Part shown: piece after piece, positions 46,243 to 50,409 of the stretch
How positions within the stretch are numbered: position 1 is the stretch's first letter
Layout of the letters: every line of letters starts with the position of its first letter
Assembly (NCBI GenBank): GCA_013115125.1
Contig: JABANN010000229.1
Span: forward strand, 1 to 50,409
Direction: 5' to 3'
Origin: Perkinsus olseni
Taxonomy: Eukaryota
DNA length: 50,409 nt
Notes under the pieces: model-generated
The model's database searches: none
What the model was told of the DNA's origin: nothing
The model's input: only the letters and a program-made list of their open reading frames with translations
Translations under genes and position numbers: made by a program

Positions 46243-47673
46243 TCATGTGGTGCTCTCAACAACATTGGGAACAGAGTTCCTCTTAAGCCAGAAATATAGC
46301 AGTACAGCCAAGATCATGAAAACTACCTGGAACGACAGCTGCAATACCCACAGTATCTTATAGACAATACGAAGATCGATCTGGAACCAAGTGAACATGA
46401 AGAGGGAGAGAATGGTAGACAAGATATACGCAGTTAAGTTATTGAACATGACAATAATGGCATAGCAACCCGAGTTGACATTATCTTCTCCTTTGATATG
46501 CTTGTTAACAACACGGCCGGTCTCTGCGCTGACGAAGGCGTTGATGAAGTGATAACCCAGGTAGTAGAGGATAAAGCCGATACACATCGGTATGATGCGA
46601 TCATACCAAATCATTAGGGTCAGAGCTAGGATACACCAGATGCCCATCACCCCCACGGCCAGGTGCTGGTGATAATATGTGACTTTCAATATCCGAGGCA
46701 CTGCCACGGACAAGGAGCTAGCGGAAGCAACAAGTTGAGCAATAGCAATGACGGTCCCGTTGTAGTTCTTCTCAGTGCCCTTGTCAACCATCATCATATC
46801 ATAAAGAGAGAACTCGTAAAGCTCGACAAGAACAAAAACACAGTTACCGAGGACCCACCAGAAGAAGATGAGTGCGTAGACCTTGTCCTCATACACCCAC
46901 TTCATAGTTCTCCACACCTCCTTAGGCCTGGGGGCCTTATCACGCTTGACACTGGTCAGAAAAAGAGCTACTATAACAGCTAGCAAAACTGAGCCGGCTG
47001 AGACCCATTGCAGAGAAGTACAGCTCACGTGACAAGCATCGAGCAAAACATCGCCAACTACACCGGACAACGTATGAGCGATGGCATACGTAGCTAGGTT
47101 CATAGAAGTCAATTTCTGATAATTCTCGTTGGAAACGACGTGAAAAAGATACCCATAGAAGATCTTCTCGGCAGCTGTCCCGAATGCATAAGTAATCTCC
47201 ATGAACTTCATCTCGGTCACGGTAGTACCAAACAAAATAAGCGCCCTCATAGTTATTCGACCCAACGCCCCCAAGATGAGCGACAACTTGTAGCCGACGA
47301 ACTCGGACAGGCAACCACTAATCAACAGGAAGGGTATGCAAGCGTAGGTATTCCAAGGATAGATCTCTGAGTTGATCTCTTTATCAGTAAAGCCCTTGAT
47401 CTCTCTTAGGTAGGTCGTTATATGCGGATCAGCCGGCTTGAAAGCCATGAGGAAAGTATAAGCACAGCAGAGTGGAGCTTCGTACCAGAATGGCTTGTAT
47501 CCATCTGGACCGGTAGGGACCTTAAACCCACCGATCCAGGTGTCGAACCACATGGCCCACTTTTTCTCGTCAAGTTGCTTCACGGGCGACCCAACGCCAT
47601 AATCTGCATATGAAGTTTCGCTTACGGCAGGCTGCTTGAGGCTCTGAGTAGTAGTAATATTGGTAGAAGACAT
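46243..47673 (-). CDS. SLC19-family transporter (probable thiamine transporter), copy 3
   Basis: Intronless and more divergent paralog (KPADPHITTYL...IYPWNTY). The position homologous to the paralogs' ATG is TTG (47700) and the first ATG is at 47673. Confidence 0.88.
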   Translation of the reverse strand: MSSTNITTTQSLKQPAVSETSYADYGVGSPVKQLDEKKWAMWFDTWIGGFKVPTGPDGYKPFWYEAPLCCAYTFLMAFKPADPHITTYLREIKGFTDKEINSEIYPWNTYACIPFLLISGCLSEFVGYKLSLILGALGRITMRALILFGTTVTEMKFMEITYAFGTAAEKIFYGYLFHVVSNENYQKLTSMNLATYAIAHTLSGVVGDVLLDACHVSCTSLQWVSAGSVLLAVIVALFLTSVKRDKAPRPKEVWRTMKWVYEDKVYALIFFWWVLGNCVFVLVELYEFSLYDMMMVDKGTEKNYNGTVIAIAQLVASASSLSVAVPRILKVTYYHQHLAVGVMGIWCILALTLMIWYDRIIPMCIGFILYYLGYHFINAFVSAETGRVVNKHIKGEDNVNSGCYAIIVMFNNLTAYILSTILSLFMFTWFQIDLRIVYKILWVLQLSFQVVFMILAVLLYFWLKRNSVPNVVESTT

Positions 47674-47980
47674 GCCGCTGGACGCACTTGAAGATCTCAA
47701 AACTACTAGGAATAGATTGAAACCGACGAGGAAAAAAACCTTTCATCGTGAGTAGGGTACTGTTCGGGAACATAACCGAACTTCAAAGAGTTTTCAAATG
47801 GATAGCCATAGTACATCATTTCACGGCAGGTGAGATACGGGTGGAAACTTCCCGCCTAGCGTCCCATCTCACAATTCCTGTCCCTCGGCAGCTGGATGTT
47901 GCAACTAATGTGGAGCAGAGACGTACTCGTAGAACGCAAGATACGAGAGACTGCTGACGAAGGGTGTATACTACTTGAGA

Positions 47981-48083
47981 TGGTAGAAACCAACTGTCTG
48001 TCGTACAGGCTGTAGCTATGTCAGCGACTTAAGAAAAATAAGAGAGAGAGCAAGATAGCAAGACAAGCTTCCGCTCATCAACA
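47981..48083 (-). repeat. 3' LTR (starts TGTTG; distal end at ...CTACCA is tentative)
   Basis: Follows the PPT. 48000-48083 is the reverse complement of 50326-50409 with 2 mismatches in 84 nt. Confidence 0.8.
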
Positions 48084-49712
48084 TTCCCCCGCCGCGGAAG
48101 TAATCATCTTGAGGTTACCGATGTACTCATACAACAAAGAAGGGGAGTTGATGGGAGAGATAACAGCTACACAGCCCTTAATGGCTCTCACAACATAGAC
48201 AGTACCAGTGAGCCATTTCTGGCTTAACTTGTTACGACCGTGATTGTAACGAAGAACGTGATCTCCCACCGATAATGTAGAGAAATCAGACCGAGCGATA
48301 GAAGCATCACCGAAAGTGGATCGAGCACGAAGGATAGCATCCTCATTCTCAGCGCTCACCTGGATCCACTTACAGTCAGAAGATACTCGAGACGCAACAT
48401 CACGAAGCAACTTGTCAGCATCAGCCCGGTCTGGCATCCTCAAAGGGATATGATGATCGAGACTGTCAGCAGCCTCCTTGGATAGGGTACGACCTGGTGC
48501 CATCGAGGGAGGTAAGCATCTTCCGTGAACATAGTGTAGGTCACTACTATACGTCGAAGAGGACAGAGAAGACCTGACAATGTTGTTCACAATGAAGCAG
48601 ACCCTCGGCATCAAAGCCGTCCAACTAGCAGCGTTGCCATTCTGCTGAATGAGGCAACGTAACATAAAATTTACAAGACGATGGCGGGACTCGTGCCAAC
48701 CGTTCAGACGACTAGCATGGCCGACACTCCTCGCCCATCGAATACCCAGAGCACGACTCCATATCACTGCACCTAGGTTAGTAAAGCGGGCATCAGCATC
48801 AGATAGTAGCCCCAATGGATAACCATGGGCTTGGAAAATACTTTCGAGCCCGGCCAACAAGAGATGAGTGGGTGCGTAGTGAGGGATTATAGCATGAGCT
48901 ACATATCCAGTCACAACGTCCACCACCAACAAACACATCAAAGAGTCGTGATACGGAGAACGGCAGCCCTCTTGCTTGTAGGGTCCTAGGAGGTCAATCC
49001 CTAGGAGCTCCCAAGGCTGGGTAGCCTTGAGCAGCTGAGACCCCAAAACATGAGAGACGGTACGAGTATTACGTTGAGCACGGCAAATGAGACAACGCCG
49101 TTGAGCTCGCAAATACTCAGAGAGAGGACCAGCGTCGAAATCAAATTTGACAGACCTATACAGCTTATAGGCCCCTAAGTGAGCATAATACAGATGAAGC
49201 CTATCACAAACTTCACGCCTCAGTTCCCGAGGAACAGCTCACCCGCGAGTAACCGAGTTCACCACATAGGCCTTCAACGGGTCTCCGGAAGCATCAGCAA
49301 CAACAGAGTACTTGCGGAGAGTCCTAGCATCGGCCTTCGAATTACAAGAAGGGTCCAAGAGGGGCTTGAAATCAGAATCATCCCTCTGCTTAAGCTTAAC
49401 ATAATCTTTCAATGGTTTAATAATACTAGGATCATCCTCAATTGCAGTCAGCAACTTCGATATGATCGTATCATCACTTAATTTCACACAGTCGCTACTG
49501 CCAGGGCGAAGACGAGCTTGACGAACTGCTTCAATCAAAAGCGGGTCAGCACAGGGACAGCATCGGAGAGAGAGACCTCGCGAATAACAGTCACTTGGAT
49601 TCCTCTTGCCAGCCAGATGGAAGACTCGACCACCATATGGTACCAGCAGCTGGGCAATTCTGAATTTTGGGAGTGTCGCAGGGCGAGCGACGATTGAGCG
49701 GAGCGCAGCCAT
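48078..49712 (-). pseudogene. pol (RNase H-integrase) pseudogene with one in-frame TGA
   Basis: ORFs 49239-49712 and 48078-49112 are in the same frame, interrupted only by TGA at 49239-49241. RT and gag are absent upstream. Confidence 0.85.
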
Positions 49713-50325
49713 CTAGATTAACTATTCTCGATGATCACTTTGTATATGATGATTAATTAACGTCGTATATCGTTGAGCTCTCTAATCGTCGATAGTTATG
49801 TGATGATTAGTGATTTGTTATATCACTTTGCCTTTCATGCCCTCTGACAACGGCGATGATCCGTCCAAGAAGCCTGTAGATCCTGCTATTCAGAAACAGT
49901 CTGTCGAGTTAACTCCCGAGGAGTTGGTGCTCTTGAAGAAGATCCGCGCAATGGAATTGGCGGGCCGTGAGCCAATACACTCGAGTGACGGAGACAGAGT
50001 CTCCCAGACTGGCATCAGAGATCCAATGAGAGCAGGCCATCCACTGGGGCGTGAAATGGCACAGGGCATTGAAGTACGTCTTCGAAGTTAACGTTCTCGG
50101 ATGATTGTTGAGTAATGAGTGCTTGATGTGACCCTTATAGTTAACGCAAGCCATCGTACATAGTCGTAGGTCTCAGTAGTTTTTCACAGTTATAGTTCCA
50201 AAGACGTCTGAATCATATTGAGCTAACATTGAGACTTCTTCTATCTATTCTTCCTATGTTTATGCGTGCTGCTAACATCGAAAGTGTTGCAAGTTTCCAA
50301 GTTTCAGCAACGAGTTGCAACACTC

Positions 50326-50409
50326 TGTTGGTGAGCGGAAGCTTGTCTTGCTATCTTGCTCTCTCTCTTATTTTTCTTAAGTCGCTGACATAGCTACAGT
50401 CTGTACGAC
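50326..50409 (+). mobile_element. Second LTR copy of the same family in opposite orientation, running off the window end
   Basis: TGTTGGTGAGCGGAAGCTTGTCTTGC... is 82/84 identical to the minus-strand LTR and is not preceded by a polypurine tract. Confidence 0.8.

Larger units (their letters stand above)
47981..49712 (-). mobile_element. 5'-truncated Ty3/Gypsy-type LTR retrotransposon (end of RNase H, integrase, PPT, 3' LTR)
   Basis: Contains HLAGKRNPSDCYSR, an HHCC zinc finger (HLYYAH...CLIC) and a D-D35-E core (GIDLLGP; LSD-x35-E in NGWHE). The purine-rich tract GGCGGGGGAA lies immediately before TGTTG at 48083. Confidence 0.92.

Noticed and set aside
40261-47370. Repeated plus-strand ORFs opposite the transporter genes
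   Set aside because: Antisense shadows of the duplicated SLC19 coding sequences.
49740-49850. Possible box C/D snoRNA (ATGATGA, GTGATGA, CTGA)
   Set aside because: AT-rich junction with only a 3-bp terminal stem and no rRNA-complementary guide that I could identify.

Overview
Eukaryotic, gene-dense window with many ~50-nt GT-AG introns. The style suggests a Perkinsus-like alveolate, but this is inference and not proven here. Recognisable genes are PHF5A, a DHHC palmitoyltransferase, an OTU+RING protein, a mucin-like membrane protein, an FkbM methyltransferase, tRNA-Lys(CTT), PGAP3/Per1, a membrane-anchored ankyrin-PARP, a ferric reductase, an alkylglycerol monooxygenase-like hydroxylase, three tandem intronless SLC19-family (thiamine/folate) transporters and a truncated Ty3/Gypsy retrotransposon. 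The main result is that each SLC19 gene is followed, 120-170 nt after its stop codon and on the same strand, by a canonical TPP riboswitch aptamer. Each aptamer is joined to a further ~250-nt conserved structured region that ends in a strand complementary to the aptamer's 5' half, which is a candidate 3'-UTR expression platform. Other notable items are a receptor-like transmembrane PARP, a DUB-RING fusion, clusters of odd-length palindromes in intergenic DNA and two oppositely oriented LTR copies. Multi-exon gene models were traced by eye, and their ends are approximate where stated.
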